Shown: piece by piece, positions 9,950 through 20,252 of the stretch
Numbering within the stretch: the stretch's first letter is position 1
How the letters are laid out: each line of letters opens with the position of its first letter
Assembly (NCBI GenBank): GCA_964527545.1
Contig: CAZGQF010000001.1
Coordinates: 148,019 to 212,018 of the forward strand
From: Candidatus Undinarchaeota archaeon
Lineage (GTDB): Archaea; SpSt-1190; DYHY01; CAZGQF01
DNA length: 64,000 nucleotides
Reading direction: 5' to 3'
Notes under the pieces: model-generated
What the model saw: only the letters and a program-made list of their open reading frames with translations
What the model was told of the DNA's origin: nothing
The model's database searches: none
Program-made: the position numbers and the translations under genes

Positions 9950-10504
9950 TCATATCGACTTCTCGACGCGGCCGTCGACCATCTTGTAGAGGGAGTGCTC
10001 TATGCCGGCCGTGTCGAGGAACTCTATGTCGAGGCGGAGTCGGTATGGCGCGTTGAGGGAGAGGGGCTGATCGCAGTCGACCTGGCAGGGGAAGTTGGGG
10101 GCTCCGCACGGGTCGAACTGTCCGCTGACAGTGAGGCGGGCGTTGGGGTAGAGGAGGTGGTCGTCCACCTGGTAGGCGTCGCCCGTGGAGTTGCAGAAAA
10201 AGTCGGTGGGGTTGTCGTAGAGATCCTCCTGAGGCAGGAGTGTTGTGGACGCCTTGAGGTAGGTGACGTTGAGGGGGATGTCGCCGTTGTTGATGACGGA
10301 GAGGTAGAAAGTGCCGTCCTGCTGGAGCTTCCAGCTGTCGACGCCGAGCGTCTCGACCTTGGCCGCCACCTTCTGTGTGCGCTCGTGGACGGCCGATGTT
10401 ATCGAGCCGATGCCGAGGTGGTTGAGTGCATAGACTGTCCCCAGGATTATGACGAAGACTATGGCGAAGTTGGCCAAATATTCAGTGGAGGACTGGCCGC
10501 GCAT
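9950..10504 (-). CDS. type IV pilin-like protein with class III signal peptide (MRG/QSSTEYLANFAIVFVIIL), Cys-rich C-terminal half
   Basis: N-terminus matches the archaeal prepilin motif: basic residues, G, then Q at +1, E at +5, hydrophobic helix. Same motif as the pilin genes at 44-57 kb. Confidence 0.6.
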   Translation of the reverse strand: MRGQSSTEYLANFAIVFVIILGTVYALNHLGIGSITSAVHERTQKVAAKVETLGVDSWKLQQDGTFYLSVINNGDIPLNVTYLKASTTLLPQEDLYDNPTDFFCNSTGDAYQVDDHLLYPNARLTVSGQFDPCGAPNFPCQVDCDQPLSLNAPYRLRLDIEFLDTAGIEHSLYKMVDGRVEKSI

Positions 10505-10525
10505 GGAAAAGGGGAGGGGGAGGGG

Positions 10526-10534
10526 ATTAATTAG
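10526..10534 (-). promoter_or_regulatory. TATA-like box (ctaattaat on minus) about 26 nt upstream of the pilin ATG, compatible with a leaderless transcript
   Basis: AT-rich element in an otherwise GC-rich spacer between the S10 stop (10548) and the pilin start (10504). Confidence 0.3.
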
Positions 10535-10547
10535 GTTTCGGAAAGAG

Positions 10548-10856
10548 CTACTCCTTCAGCTCTATCTCGATGTTGACTCCCTCTGGGACGTGGATGCGCA
10601 TTATCTTGCGCATCGCCCTCTCGTCGATGCCCAGGTCAATCAGGCGCTTGTGTATCCTCATCTCCCAGTGCTCCCAGCGCTGTGTCCCCTCGCCGTCCGG
10701 AGAGGTGAGTGTGGTCACTCGCATGCGCTTCGTTGGGAGGGGGATGGGACCGGAAAGCTTCACACCAGTCTTCTTCGCGATCTCCTTGATCTCGCCACTC
10801 AGCGAACTGAGCACTTCGGGGCTTGTCCCCATCAACTTGATGCGCGCTTTCCTCAT
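10548..10856 (-). CDS. rps10: 30S ribosomal protein S10 (uS10)
   Basis: 102 aa. ...RIHKRLIDL... conserved uS10 core. Sits directly downstream of EF-1alpha, as in archaeal str-like operons. Confidence 0.9.
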   Translation of the reverse strand: MRKARIKLMGTSPEVLSSLSGEIKEIAKKTGVKLSGPIPLPTKRMRVTTLTSPDGEGTQRWEHWEMRIHKRLIDLGIDERAMRKIMRIHVPEGVNIEIELKE

Positions 10857-10870
10857 CCTTCATGCTCCCT

Positions 10871-12139
10871 TTACTTGGACACCACGTCGATTACCATGCC
10901 GGCGGCGACCGTCTGGCCCATGTCGCGGATTGCGAACCTGCCGAGTGGCGGTATGTCCTGCCTCTTCTCCAGCACGAACGGCTGGGAGGGGACGCACTTC
11001 ACTATCGCCACGTCTCCCGTCTTCAGGAAGTCCGGGTTCTCCTCCTTGACCTCGCCGCTCTTCGGGTCGAGCTTCTTGACCAGCTCCGTGAACTGGCATG
11101 CGACCTGGGCGGTGTGGGCGTGGAAGACCGGCGTGTAGCCCGCCGTTATGACGGTCGGGTGGTTGAGAACCGCTATCTGGGCGGTGAACTCCTTGACCAC
11201 CGTCGGCGGATTGTCGACCCTGCCTGCCACGTCGCCGCGCTTCACGTCCTTCTTGGAGATTCCGCGCACGTTGAAGCCCACGTTGTCGCCGGGAGTCGCC
11301 TCCTTAAGCTGCTCGTGGTGCATCTCTATCGTCTTGACCTCGCCCTTGGCGCCGCTCGGCATGAAGACCACGTTGTCCCCTACCTTGAGGACTCCTGTCT
11401 CCACGCGGCCGACGGGCACGCATCCGACGCCGGTTATGTTGAAGGCGTCCTGGATGGGCACGCGAAGCGGCAGGTCGACAGGCTTCTGGGGCGCCTCGAA
11501 GTCGTTGAGGGCCTCTACCACTGTCTTCCCCTTGTACCAGTCGAGTTTGTCGCTCTTGTTGACCACGTTGTCGCCCATCAAACCGGAGGCGGGGATGAAC
11601 TCCACCTTCTCGAGGTTGAAGGAGACGCTCTTCAGGACATCCTTGACCTCTTTCATGACCTTGTTGAAGACGTCCTCCTTGTAGTCGACTGTGTCCATCT
11701 TGTTGATGACCACCAGCATCTGCTCCACGCCCAGCGTGCGGGCGAGGAAGATGTGCTCCTTGGTCTGGGCCTGGACGCCGTCCTTGCCCGAGACTACGAG
11801 AATCGCAGCGTCGGCCTGGGAGGCGCCGGTTATCATGTTCTTCACGAAGTCCCTGTGGCCAGGGGCGTCGATCATGGTGAAGTAGTACTTGTCGGTATCG
11901 AACTTCTCGTGCGCCACGTCGATTGTCAGGCCGCGCTCCCTCTCCTCTTTCACGCGGTCCATGACGTAGGCGAACTCAAAAGTCGATTTTCCGAGCTCCT
12001 TCGCCATCTCCTTGAACTTCTTCATCTGCTGTTCAGATACGTTGCCGGAGTCGAACATCAGCCGACCCAGCAGTGTGGACTTCCCTGCATCCACGTGTCC
12101 TATGAACACCAGGTTCATGTGCGGTTTCTCGCTTGCCAT
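10871..12139 (-). CDS. tuf: translation elongation factor 1-alpha (aEF-1A)
   Basis: [10 protein letters not shown]1 motif, [12 protein letters not shown]. 422 aa. Confidence 0.95.
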   Translation of the reverse strand: MASEKPHMNLVFIGHVDAGKSTLLGRLMFDSGNVSEQQMKKFKEMAKELGKSTFEFAYVMDRVKEERERGLTIDVAHEKFDTDKYYFTMIDAPGHRDFVKNMITGASQADAAILVVSGKDGVQAQTKEHIFLARTLGVEQMLVVINKMDTVDYKEDVFNKVMKEVKDVLKSVSFNLEKVEFIPASGLMGDNVVNKSDKLDWYKGKTVVEALNDFEAPQKPVDLPLRVPIQDAFNITGVGCVPVGRVETGVLKVGDNVVFMPSGAKGEVKTIEMHHEQLKEATPGDNVGFNVRGISKKDVKRGDVAGRVDNPPTVVKEFTAQIAVLNHPTVITAGYTPVFHAHTAQVACQFTELVKKLDPKSGEVKEENPDFLKTGDVAIVKCVPSQPFVLEKRQDIPPLGRFAIRDMGQTVAAGMVIDVVSK

Positions 12140-12174
12140 ATCAGTTTCACCTATCCACTGCCGAAAAACAGCGG

Positions 12175-12183
12175 TTTAAATAA
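12175..12183 (-). promoter_or_regulatory. TATA-like box (ttatttaaa on minus) about 40 nt upstream of the EF-1alpha ATG, with GGTGAAAC Shine-Dalgarno
   Basis: Only AT-rich element in the 60-nt EF-2/EF-1alpha spacer. Confidence 0.3.
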
Positions 12184-12199
12184 GTTTTCAACTCCGCGC

Positions 12200-14395
12200 C
12201 TAGAGGTAGGTGGTGGGAGGTATCTCCTCCTTCCTTCCCTTCCTCTTCCGTATCTCCAGTATCTTCTCTTTCTGGAGGTTCTTGGGCATCGGCTCGAAGT
12301 TGGTCTCCTTGAGAGACCAGAAGCCGTGGCCGTTGGTGGCGGAGCGGAGGTCGCTTGTGAAGCCGAACATGTTGTCGACAGGCATCTCTGCGATGATGAC
12401 CACCATCCCCCTCTCAGTCTCTATGTTGGCGACCTTCCCCCTCCTCGACTGGACGAGCGACGTGGCAGCCCCCATCTTCTCCTGAGGTGTGTCTATGCGG
12501 ATGGTCTGTATCGGCTCGAGCAGCATCGCGCCGCCCGCCAGCATGCCAGCCTTTATGGAGTCCCTGACCGCGGGAACGACCTGCGCGGGGCCGCGGTGGA
12601 TGGAGTCCTCGTGGAGCTTCGCGTCCTCCAGGGAGATCTTCAGCTTGGCGCACTTCTCAAGTGCGAGCGGCCCCCTGTCCATCACGTCCTCGAATCCTGT
12701 CTTGATGTGGTCCATGACCTCGTTGAGGGCCACTATGCCGCGGGTCATGTTGAGGAGGACGCAGTCGTTGTAGATCTGGATGGTCCTCTTCGCCTCGTCC
12801 TTGCTGAAGCCGCGCTCGACGAGCTCCTCCCGTACCCTCTCGTCCTTGTCCTTCCTGAACTCCATCTCCGGGATGTCGCCCTCCTTGATGGCCTGGTAGA
12901 CTTCGTCCTCGAGTGGCTCGACCTTCAAAAAGAAGCGGTTGTGCTTGTTGGGCGACTTGCCCTCGAAGGGCCCGCCCTCCCCTGCCACGGTCTCGCGGAA
13001 GACCACTATGGGCGGCGACGTATTGACTGGTACGTTGTAGTCGCGCTCCAGGCGGTGCTGCCAGATCTCGAGGTGGAGCTCGCCCATACCGCTGACCAGG
13101 TGCTCGCCCGTCTCCTTGTTGATGTCGACCTTCACAGTGGGGTCCTCGCGCGAGATGGAGATGAGGGCTTCGACGAGCTTCGGGAGGTCCCTCGCCTTCT
13201 TCGCCTCTATCGCCTTCGTCACGACAGGCTCGAAGATGTGCTTTATCGCCTCGAAGGGGTCGAGGTCGTCGACGGAGGTCACAGTCTCGCCCGCAGAGAT
13301 GTCGTCCATGCCGACGAGGCCGATGATGTTGCCTGCAGGTATCTCCTCGACCGAGACGCGCTTAGGGCCCTTGTAGACGATGAGCTGGGGGATTCTCGCC
13401 TTGGTGCGGACGTTGACAAGGCTGACTGTCTCCCCCATCTTGATGGTGCCTGAGAAGAGGCGCGCGCAGGCGACCTGCCCTGCGTGCGGGTCGTTGACTA
13501 TCTTGGTCACGCAGGCGATCTCCGGACCTTTCGGGTCGCAGGCCATCATCGCCTTTCCCTCCTTGGAGTCGAGGTTCCCCCTCCAGAGCCGCGGTATCCT
13601 GTACTTCTGCGCCTCTTCCGGGCCTGGCATGTGCTTTATGACCATGTCGAGGAGGACCTGATGCAGCGGCGCCTTCTCTTCCAAGACTTCCCAGCCGCCC
13701 TCCTTCTCGTAGGCGTCGAAGATGTCAGTGAACGTGAGGCCTGTCTTCTCCATTATGGGGAGGTTGATGGCCCAGCGGTGGACGGCCGAACCGAAGCCGA
13801 CAGAACCGTCCTGTATGGCGACCTGCCACTCCTTCTTGTACTCCTCCGGCGCTATCTTGTAGATCAGGCGGTTGACTTCAGCTATCTGCCTGCGGAACCT
13901 CTCCTGCATCTCCTCTGGGGAGAGCTTCAGCTCCTTTATGAGGCGGTCGACCTTGTTGATGAAGAGGATTGGCTTAACGCGCTCTCTCAGCGACTGTCTC
14001 AGTACAGTCTCAGTCTGGGGCATCACACCCTCGACTGCGCAGATGAGGACCATGGCGCCGTCGACTGCCCTCATCGCCCGCGTCACGTTTCCGCCGAAGT
14101 CGACGTGGCCGGGCGTGTCTATCAGGTTGATGAGGTACTCCTCACCGTCGTAGGAGTGGACCATGGAGATGTTGGCGGAATCGATTGTAATGCCCCTCTC
14201 CTGCTCCTCCTCGTCCAGGTCGAGAAACCTCGCCTCCCCTGCCAGCTTCTCGCTCAGCATCCCCGCGCCCGCCACGAGCGTATCCGCGAGGGTCGTCTTT
14301 CCGTGGTCGATGTGAGCGCAAGTAGCGATGTTCCTAATCCTGCTCCTGTCATGCATCAGTGAGAGAATCTTATCCTTCATGTCTGCTTTTGCCAT
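12200..14395 (-). CDS. fusA: translation elongation factor 2 (aEF-2)
   Basis: AHIDHGKTT G1 motif, 731 aa, EF-G/EF-2 domain order. Confidence 0.95.
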   Translation of the reverse strand: MAKADMKDKILSLMHDRSRIRNIATCAHIDHGKTTLADTLVAGAGMLSEKLAGEARFLDLDEEEQERGITIDSANISMVHSYDGEEYLINLIDTPGHVDFGGNVTRAMRAVDGAMVLICAVEGVMPQTETVLRQSLRERVKPILFINKVDRLIKELKLSPEEMQERFRRQIAEVNRLIYKIAPEEYKKEWQVAIQDGSVGFGSAVHRWAINLPIMEKTGLTFTDIFDAYEKEGGWEVLEEKAPLHQVLLDMVIKHMPGPEEAQKYRIPRLWRGNLDSKEGKAMMACDPKGPEIACVTKIVNDPHAGQVACARLFSGTIKMGETVSLVNVRTKARIPQLIVYKGPKRVSVEEIPAGNIIGLVGMDDISAGETVTSVDDLDPFEAIKHIFEPVVTKAIEAKKARDLPKLVEALISISREDPTVKVDINKETGEHLVSGMGELHLEIWQHRLERDYNVPVNTSPPIVVFRETVAGEGGPFEGKSPNKHNRFFLKVEPLEDEVYQAIKEGDIPEMEFRKDKDERVREELVERGFSKDEAKRTIQIYNDCVLLNMTRGIVALNEVMDHIKTGFEDVMDRGPLALEKCAKLKISLEDAKLHEDSIHRGPAQVVPAVRDSIKAGMLAGGAMLLEPIQTIRIDTPQEKMGAATSLVQSRRGKVANIETERGMVVIIAEMPVDNMFGFTSDLRSATNGHGFWSLKETNFEPMPKNLQKEKILEIRKRKGRKEEIPPTTYL

Positions 14396-14470
14396 TTCTG
14401 CACCTGGTTTGAGAGTTCTGTCTTCGGAGTCCAGAGAGGGCTCTTTTAAGGTTTCCCTTTCAAAGAAAGT

Positions 14471-15427
14471 CTACTTGCTGGCCTCTGCCTGGCGTTCCAG
14501 GTTGTTCTTCCTGCTGACAGAGAACGACTCAGTGTCGTTCTTGGAGGCGAGTATCAGCTCCTCCACGAGGGCGTCGACCAGTTCCGGCTTCTTCTTGGCC
14601 GCCTTGACAGCCGCCCCCTTCGCTATGAAGCTGAGCGCGAGGTCGAGGCGCCTCTGCGGCGCGACGTCGACGGCGATCGGGTGCCTCACTCCGCCGTACT
14701 CGACCGTGGTAATCTCCGCTCTCGGTGCTGAGTTCACGACAGCGTCGACCAGGACCTGTATGGGGTTCTTCTTTGTCTTCTTGGCGACCCTGTCGAAGGC
14801 CTCCTCGATGATGTAGAGTATCTTTGTCTTCTTGCCTGTCAGCTGGCGGGTCGACCAGATGTGCTTCTTGCCCGCCTTCTGGTGGCCCGTGACCATCAGC
14901 TTGTTGGCGAGCCTCTCCACGAGGTTGACCTTCCTCTTCCAGAACCTGTGGGCGGAGTGGCGGCCGTGGGAGTGGGGGACGACGCACGGCTCCAAGTTGA
15001 CGTAGTCAGCTATGGACTGGTCGCCGACTGCGACCTCCGAGAAGTCGTACTTGTTGAAGAGCTTGAAGTCGATCTTCGGCCCCTTTTTCTTGGGCGTCTC
15101 CTTCTTCTCCGCCTCTGGCTCCTCCTTCTCCTCTTTCTTGTTTTTCTTTTCGGCCTTCTTTTTCGATTTTGATTCCTTTTTTTCGGCTTTTTCCTTCTTC
15201 TCTTTCTTCTCCTCGGACTTCTCCTTCTTCTCCGGCTTCTTCTCTTTGGCCTTCTTGGACTTCTTCTCCTTCTTCTCTTCCTTCTTCTCTTCCTTCTCCT
15301 CGGACTTCTCCTTCTTCTCCGGCTTCTTCTCTTTGGCCTTCTTGGACTTCTCCTCTTTCTTCTCTTCCTTGGGCCCCTCTTTCTCTTCTTTCGTCCCCTC
15401 TTTTTCTTCCTTGGTCGGGGGGCTCAT
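14471..15427 (-). CDS. rps7: 30S ribosomal protein S7 (uS7) with roughly 120-aa Lys/Glu-rich N-terminal extension
   Basis: C-terminal 190 aa is canonical uS7 (KLFNKYDF...PHSHGRH...). The ATG at 15427 overlaps the S12 stop (ATGA). There is no in-frame ATG/GTG/TTG near the canonical S7 N-terminus, so the KEKE extension is translated. Confidence 0.85.
   Translation of the reverse strand: MSPPTKEEKEGTKEEKEGPKEEKKEEKSKKAKEKKPEKKEKSEEKEEKKEEKKEKKSKKAKEKKPEKKEKSEEKKEKKEKAEKKESKSKKKAEKKNKKEEKEEPEAEKKETPKKKGPKIDFKLFNKYDFSEVAVGDQSIADYVNLEPCVVPHSHGRHSAHRFWKRKVNLVERLANKLMVTGHQKAGKKHIWSTRQLTGKKTKILYIIEEAFDRVAKKTKKNPIQVLVDAVVNSAPRAEITTVEYGGVRHPIAVDVAPQRRLDLALSFIAKGAAVKAAKKKPELVDALVEELILASKNDTESFSVSRKNNLERQAEASK
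15211..15384. repeat. 87-bp direct tandem duplication (2 copies) inside the rps7 extension
   Basis: cctcggacttctccttcttctccggcttcttctctttggccttcttggacttct recurs at 15211 and 15298. Encodes [19 protein letters not shown] twice. Confidence 0.7.
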
Positions 15428-15861
15428 CTCAGCTTCTTCTCCTTCTTTCCCGCGAGGATGGCTGGCAGGGAGACGCCGTTGACAGCGATGACGTGCCAGC
15501 GGACACCTGGCAGGTCGCCCCTCGACCTGCTCTGCCTGCCCCCTATTCTCTCTATCAGCACTTCGTCGTGCTCGTCGATCTGGTTGATTGCGCCTTCGCC
15601 CGTGCAGAAGGCAGTGACCTGCTTGCCGTTCTTGATCAGCTGTACGCGGACGCACTTGCGTATGCCAGAGTGCGGCTGCTTCGCCTCCACGCCGACCTTC
15701 TCGAGAACGAGGCCCCTCGCCTGTGGAGCGCCCTCAAGGGGGTCTGCCTTCTCGCGGGTCCCATAGAGCTTCTGGACGAAGGACTTCTTGTTCTTCCTGA
15801 ACTTCGACCTCCTTTTCTCCAGTTTGCGGGCCGCGAACAGGCCTTGGGGCTTTTTGCTCAT
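15424..15861 (-). CDS. rps12: 30S ribosomal protein S12 (uS12)
   Basis: 145 aa. ...[20 protein letters not shown]... conserved uS12. Confidence 0.9.
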   Translation of the reverse strand: MSKKPQGLFAARKLEKRRSKFRKNKKSFVQKLYGTREKADPLEGAPQARGLVLEKVGVEAKQPHSGIRKCVRVQLIKNGKQVTAFCTGEGAINQIDEHDEVLIERIGGRQSRSRGDLPGVRWHVIAVNGVSLPAILAGKKEKKLR

Positions 15862-16277
15862 TTTTCTATCTCCACCTTCTCTATGTCGCCGTAGTGGCGT
15901 GCGAGGAACGTTTTCATCCGTTTAAGAAGTTTTCCCTTGTCGCTCTTCAAGAGGTAGCGCGCCCTGCTCTTGGCGTGGACCACCAAAACGCCATCCCTCA
16001 TCTCCACGCCCTCCGGCTCCGCGGGCGATGCGAGGTTGAGGGCGAACTTCTCGAAGGTGTCTGAGTACTCGACAAAGTCGACCCTCTTCTTCAGGAGGCG
16101 GGAGAGCTTCCTCACGTTCTCGCCGCCCTTCCCTATCGCCATGCCCATCTGGTCGGAGGGGACGGCGAAGGTGACGTAATCGTCGACGACGCAGTCGACT
16201 GCGTGGGCGCCGGTGGTCTTCTGCAGGAGGCCGATGCACTTGATTGCCTCCTTTGAGAGCTTGGCCACTTCACTCAC
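15858..16277 (-). CDS. nusA: archaeal NusA-like KH-domain transcription termination factor
   Basis: 139 aa with two KH-like segments ([13 protein letters not shown]). Conserved position between L30e and S12. Confidence 0.8.
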   Translation of the reverse strand: MSEVAKLSKEAIKCIGLLQKTTGAHAVDCVVDDYVTFAVPSDQMGMAIGKGGENVRKLSRLLKKRVDFVEYSDTFEKFALNLASPAEPEGVEMRDGVLVVHAKSRARYLLKSDKGKLLKRMKTFLARHYGDIEKVEIEK

Positions 16278-16536
16278 TTATCGCCAGTGCAGCGACGCCG
16301 AATGGTCTCTTGCAGAGCTTTCCCAGTGCGATGGAATCGCCCTGAAACTCAAAGACCTCTACCTCCCTTCCCTCAGCGTGCCGCTCTATCTCCTCTCTCC
16401 TCGGCGAGTTGGAGGCAACGGCGACCAGCCCTGCCTCGCCCCTCCTCACCTTGTCGAGGGTGCTCTCCGTCCCCATCGACAGTTTACCCTCCTTCATGGC
16501 CGCCTTCAGCTTTTTCACGAACTCTTCTTGATTCAT
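16270..16536 (-). CDS. rpl30e: 50S ribosomal protein L30e (eL30)
   Basis: 88 aa. ...GKLSMGTESTLDKVRRGEAGLVAVASN... Confidence 0.85.
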   Translation of the reverse strand: MNQEEFVKKLKAAMKEGKLSMGTESTLDKVRRGEAGLVAVASNSPRREEIERHAEGREVEVFEFQGDSIALGKLCKRPFGVAALAISE

Positions 16537-16542
16537 AATCGA

Positions 16543-17643
16543 TCACTTCACCAGTAGCTTTACCAGTCCTGTCCCGACCTTCACGGGCTGTCCTATCATC
16601 ACGTTCTCCACCACGCTCGAGAGGTCGTCCACCTCGCCGCTCATGCTCGCCCCGAGGAGGTGGCGCATTGGCGTCTCGAAAGAGGCGCGTGCCAAAACCG
16701 ACCCCTTCTCGCCGGCCACGCCGTACCGCCCTATCGCCTTGATCTTGCCGTCGACAGTCATCACGTCAGAGATGAGCATCAGGTGGCGCGTGTCCACGTT
16801 GCTGACTCCCGCCTCCTCCAGCGTATTCCTCAGCTCCTCGACTATGGCGTTCCTCGCCGCCTCTATGCCCAGCACCCTCTCTATCTCGTGGATGTCGTTG
16901 GAGGTCGTGCGGGTCGCGTCGACGCCCTCCACCTTGAGGACCTTGGAGAGGGCGGTCCCTTCGGTGTAGATGACGAATTCGCCCTTCTCTTTCTTGATGA
17001 TCGCGTGGGTTATGCCCTTGAGGCCCCTAACCTTGGCCTCCATCAGCTTGGACTTCTTCTTGTAGAGGTAGGAGAGGCCGTGGTCCCTCTTCGGCTCGAC
17101 CTCCAGCTCCAGGCCTCCGCTGGGCTCCACCTTTATCCCTCTCGTCGACTTTCGGAGCGCCTTGACAACCTCGTCCACGTCCATGTCGAACTCGTCGAGG
17201 GAACTCTTGTCGAGCTTGACGGTCAGCTTGAGCTCTGCGAGGTCTGTGGAGACTTCGTCCGCGATCTCGGAGAGGCTGATCTGCCTTATCTTCGAGGCTA
17301 TCCTGGTCGCCTCCTTCTGGTCGGTGACGCCGTCGAGGTAGACTGTCATCATCGGCGTCTTCGGCGTCCTCCGGGCGTCGACAAGCTCGATGAGCCGCGG
17401 GAGTCCCAGTGTGACGTTCATCTCCAGGACGCCGGCGTAGTGGTAGGTCCTCATGGTCAGCTGCGTGGAAGGCTCGCCTATCGACTGGGCGGTTATGACT
17501 CCTATTGCCTCTCCCAGCTGTATCTGGCGCCTCTCGAAGCGCTCCTCCACCTCCTTCATCAGCTTCTTCTTCTCCTTATCGTTGAGGCCGCGGGCCTCTG
17601 CGAACTCCTCCACTGCCGACTCTATCTTTGGAACGACGCTCAT
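16543..17643 (-). CDS. rpoA2: DNA-directed RNA polymerase subunit A''
   Basis: 366 aa, C-terminal third of the largest RNAP subunit. Overlaps rpoA' stop. Confidence 0.9.
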   Translation of the reverse strand: MSVVPKIESAVEEFAEARGLNDKEKKKLMKEVEERFERRQIQLGEAIGVITAQSIGEPSTQLTMRTYHYAGVLEMNVTLGLPRLIELVDARRTPKTPMMTVYLDGVTDQKEATRIASKIRQISLSEIADEVSTDLAELKLTVKLDKSSLDEFDMDVDEVVKALRKSTRGIKVEPSGGLELEVEPKRDHGLSYLYKKKSKLMEAKVRGLKGITHAIIKKEKGEFVIYTEGTALSKVLKVEGVDATRTTSNDIHEIERVLGIEAARNAIVEELRNTLEEAGVSNVDTRHLMLISDVMTVDGKIKAIGRYGVAGEKGSVLARASFETPMRHLLGASMSGEVDDLSSVVENVMIGQPVKVGTGLVKLLVK

Positions 17644-20252
17644 AGTCCCACCTTCTGCGCTGCGCGCTCAAGGTCAAGCCCGCCGAAGTCGGTCTTCGTC
17701 GGGTCCTGGCCGTCCTCCCCGTAGGTGAACTGGATGATGGTGCCCCTGTTGTCGCGAACGGTCCTGTCGTACTCGAGCCTCAGGTCCTGGAGGGCGTTGA
17801 CGAGGCGGCGGTACATGTAGCCGGACTTCGGAGTCCGCATGGAGGTGTCTGTCAGGCCCTCGCGGCCTGCCATCGCCACCCAGAAGAACTCGAACGGGTC
17901 GAGGCCGGAGCCGTATGACGAGCGGACGAAGCCGTGGGAGCGCGGCCCCATGTCTCCCCTCTTGAAATGGGGCAGGGTCCTTCCCCTGAACCCCCTGCTG
18001 ACGCGGCCCCCGCCGACCGCCTGCTGTCCGAGGCAGGCAGCCATCTGCGCTATGTTGAGCAGCTTGCCCCTCGCGCCCGTTATCGCCATCACCACTGCGT
18101 TGTTGTCTGGTGTCACCCTCTCCCTCACGAGCTCAACAGCTGCGTCCCTCGCCTTGTTCAGGACGCCCATAAGCTCGTTCTCCAGCGTCTCTGCCGGCGT
18201 CATGCCCGGCCAGGCCTCCAGCTCGCCCTTCTCGAACCTGTCGATGAGTTCATCCGCCTTCTTCTCGCCATCGTCAAGGACTTCCTGGACCAGCCTCTCG
18301 GCGTCCTCCGGGATTGTGAAGTTGTCGATCCCCACGCTGAAGCCGTACTGCCTGAAGTAGGAGAGTACCATTCGCGTGCACCTGTTGAGGAAGGTGATGC
18401 CCTCCTTGGTGCCGTACTCCTGGGTTATGGCGTCGAGGAGCTTCCCGGCGAAGGCGCCGTAGGCTGCGTCGTCGATGACGCCTTTCAGGAGCTGGCCCTT
18501 CTTGATCACGACGTAGGCGTCGTGCTCGCACTTCTCCTTCAGGCAGGTGTCGCAGGCGAACGACCTGCAGGATGTCGACTTGAAGGCTATGTTGAGGTCG
18601 TCGGGCAGTAGGAATGAGAAGAGCTCCTTGCCTGTATACTCCTTTTTGTCGAGCTCGACCTCCATGCCTGCCGTGAAGAGGAGCTGGGCGGCCTCCTCCC
18701 TGGAGAATGAGACGCCTTCCCGAGTGAAGAGGTAGGAGGCGGAGAGGTGGTCCTGATGGCCGCCGATTATGGGACCGCCGAAGCGGGGTGAGCGGAGGTT
18801 CTCCTGCACCGCCATCAGCTGCTTGGACTCCACCCTCGACTCGTGCGTCTGGGGGATGTGGAGGTTCATCTCGTCTCCGTCGAAGTCCGCGTTGTAGGGG
18901 AGGCAGATGGCGGGGTTGAGGCGGAACGAGTGGCCCGGAAGTATCTTCACCTTGTGCGCCATCAAGGAGAGCTTGTGGAGGGAGGGCTGGCGGTTGAAGA
19001 GCGCTATGTCGCCGTCCATCAAGTGGCGCTCCACTATCATGCCTGGCGCGAGCTCCTCGCAGAGAGTCTCCCTGTCAGAGTCCGTCACTTTCTTGCGGCG
19101 GCCGTCCGGCATCACCACGTAGTTGGCGCCCTCCAGGTTGTCCGGACCCTTCATGATCAGCTCCTTCAGCCAGTCGATGTTCTTCTCGGTCACCACCTCG
19201 GGGACTGTCAGCTCGATCGCCATCTCGATTGGCGTCCCCACGTCGTCGATGTCGATGGAGCTGTCCGGCGAGATGACAGTTCGGGCGGAGAAGTTGACGC
19301 GCTTGCCGACCAGGTTGTGGCGGAAGCGGCCCTGCTTGCTCTTGATCCTCTGCGTGAGGCCCTTCAGGACGCGGCCAGCGCGGTGGCGGGCGGGCGGGAT
19401 GGAAGAGACGCTGTTGTCGAGGAAAGTGGTGACGTGGTACTGGAGGAGGTCCCAGAGGTCCTCCACGATGACTGCTGGCGCACCGGCCGACATGTTCTCC
19501 TTCAGCCTCATGTTGATGCGCATTATGTCCACCAGCTTGTGGGTGAGGTCGTCCTCCGCCCTCTCCCCAGTCTCCAGCGTGATCGAGGGGCGGACTGTGA
19601 CCGGCGGGACGGCGAGAGACGTGAGGAGTGCCCACTCAGGCCTAGCGACCTCGGGGTTCATCCCCAAAAAGACGAGGTCGTCGCCCGGGATCCGCTCCAA
19701 GTGGTCGCGGATGTCGATGGGAGTCATCCTCTTGTTCTCCTTGTAGTAGACCGTCGGCTTCTCGAACTTGATCTCCGGCGTCTCTGCGCCGCAGTGGTGG
19801 CACTCCTTCGCCTTCCTGGCGAGGCGGTAGATGTCCTTGACAAGCTGCTTCTCCGCCTTCCAGTTCTCACTCTTCTTCAGCTTCTCCAGGCGAGCCCTGT
19901 ACCTCTCCAGGACCTCCTCCTTCAGCTTGACTCGGCCGCACTCTGCGCAGGTGACAGCGAGGAACTTGTAGATCTTCTTGGCGTAGCGGATGTGTATGAC
20001 TGAACGGGCCAGCTCTATGTGGCCGAAGTGGCCCGGACACTCCCCGACGTTGGCGCCGCAGGTCCTGCACCTTATGCCTGGGTCGACGACGCCCATCTTC
20101 GGGTCCATGAGGCCGCCCTCCACTGGGAAGCCGTCCTGGTCGTAGAGCTCGCTGACTGTGACCTCAACGGCGCTCCTCTGTCTCACGTTGGTTGGTGAGA
20201 CCATCCCGAACTGAATCTCGCCTACCTGCTTCTTTACGAACATTTCAATCAC
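17640..20252 (-). CDS. rpoA1: DNA-directed RNA polymerase subunit A'
   Basis: 870 aa. Zinc-binding [16 protein letters not shown] catalytic loop. Confidence 0.95.
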   Translation of the reverse strand: MIEMFVKKQVGEIQFGMVSPTNVRQRSAVEVTVSELYDQDGFPVEGGLMDPKMGVVDPGIRCRTCGANVGECPGHFGHIELARSVIHIRYAKKIYKFLAVTCAECGRVKLKEEVLERYRARLEKLKKSENWKAEKQLVKDIYRLARKAKECHHCGAETPEIKFEKPTVYYKENKRMTPIDIRDHLERIPGDDLVFLGMNPEVARPEWALLTSLAVPPVTVRPSITLETGERAEDDLTHKLVDIMRINMRLKENMSAGAPAVIVEDLWDLLQYHVTTFLDNSVSSIPPARHRAGRVLKGLTQRIKSKQGRFRHNLVGKRVNFSARTVISPDSSIDIDDVGTPIEMAIELTVPEVVTEKNIDWLKELIMKGPDNLEGANYVVMPDGRRKKVTDSDRETLCEELAPGMIVERHLMDGDIALFNRQPSLHKLSLMAHKVKILPGHSFRLNPAICLPYNADFDGDEMNLHIPQTHESRVESKQLMAVQENLRSPRFGGPIIGGHQDHLSASYLFTREGVSFSREEAAQLLFTAGMEVELDKKEYTGKELFSFLLPDDLNIAFKSTSCRSFACDTCLKEKCEHDAYVVIKKGQLLKGVIDDAAYGAFAGKLLDAITQEYGTKEGITFLNRCTRMVLSYFRQYGFSVGIDNFTIPEDAERLVQEVLDDGEKKADELIDRFEKGELEAWPGMTPAETLENELMGVLNKARDAAVELVRERVTPDNNAVVMAITGARGKLLNIAQMAACLGQQAVGGGRVSRGFRGRTLPHFKRGDMGPRSHGFVRSSYGSGLDPFEFFWVAMAGREGLTDTSMRTPKSGYMYRRLVNALQDLRLEYDRTVRDNRGTIIQFTYGEDGQDPTKTDFGGLDLERAAQKVGL

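Noticed and set aside
10862-13453. 863-aa plus-strand ORF antisense to EF-1alpha/EF-2. Similar long antisense ORFs lie at 17934-18611, 18843-20003, 21077-22129, 26260-27816, 36121-37026 and 43727-44848.
   Set aside because: Low-complexity R/G/L/V/D/H-rich translations lie exactly opposite well-supported conserved genes. This is typical stop-codon-poor antisense frames in about 60% GC DNA.
15012-15894. F/S-rich plus-strand ORFs (15012-15482, 15169-15894) with internal repeats.
   Set aside because: They are the antisense reading of the K/E-rich S7 extension and S12. The repeats mirror the 87-bp duplication on the coding strand.
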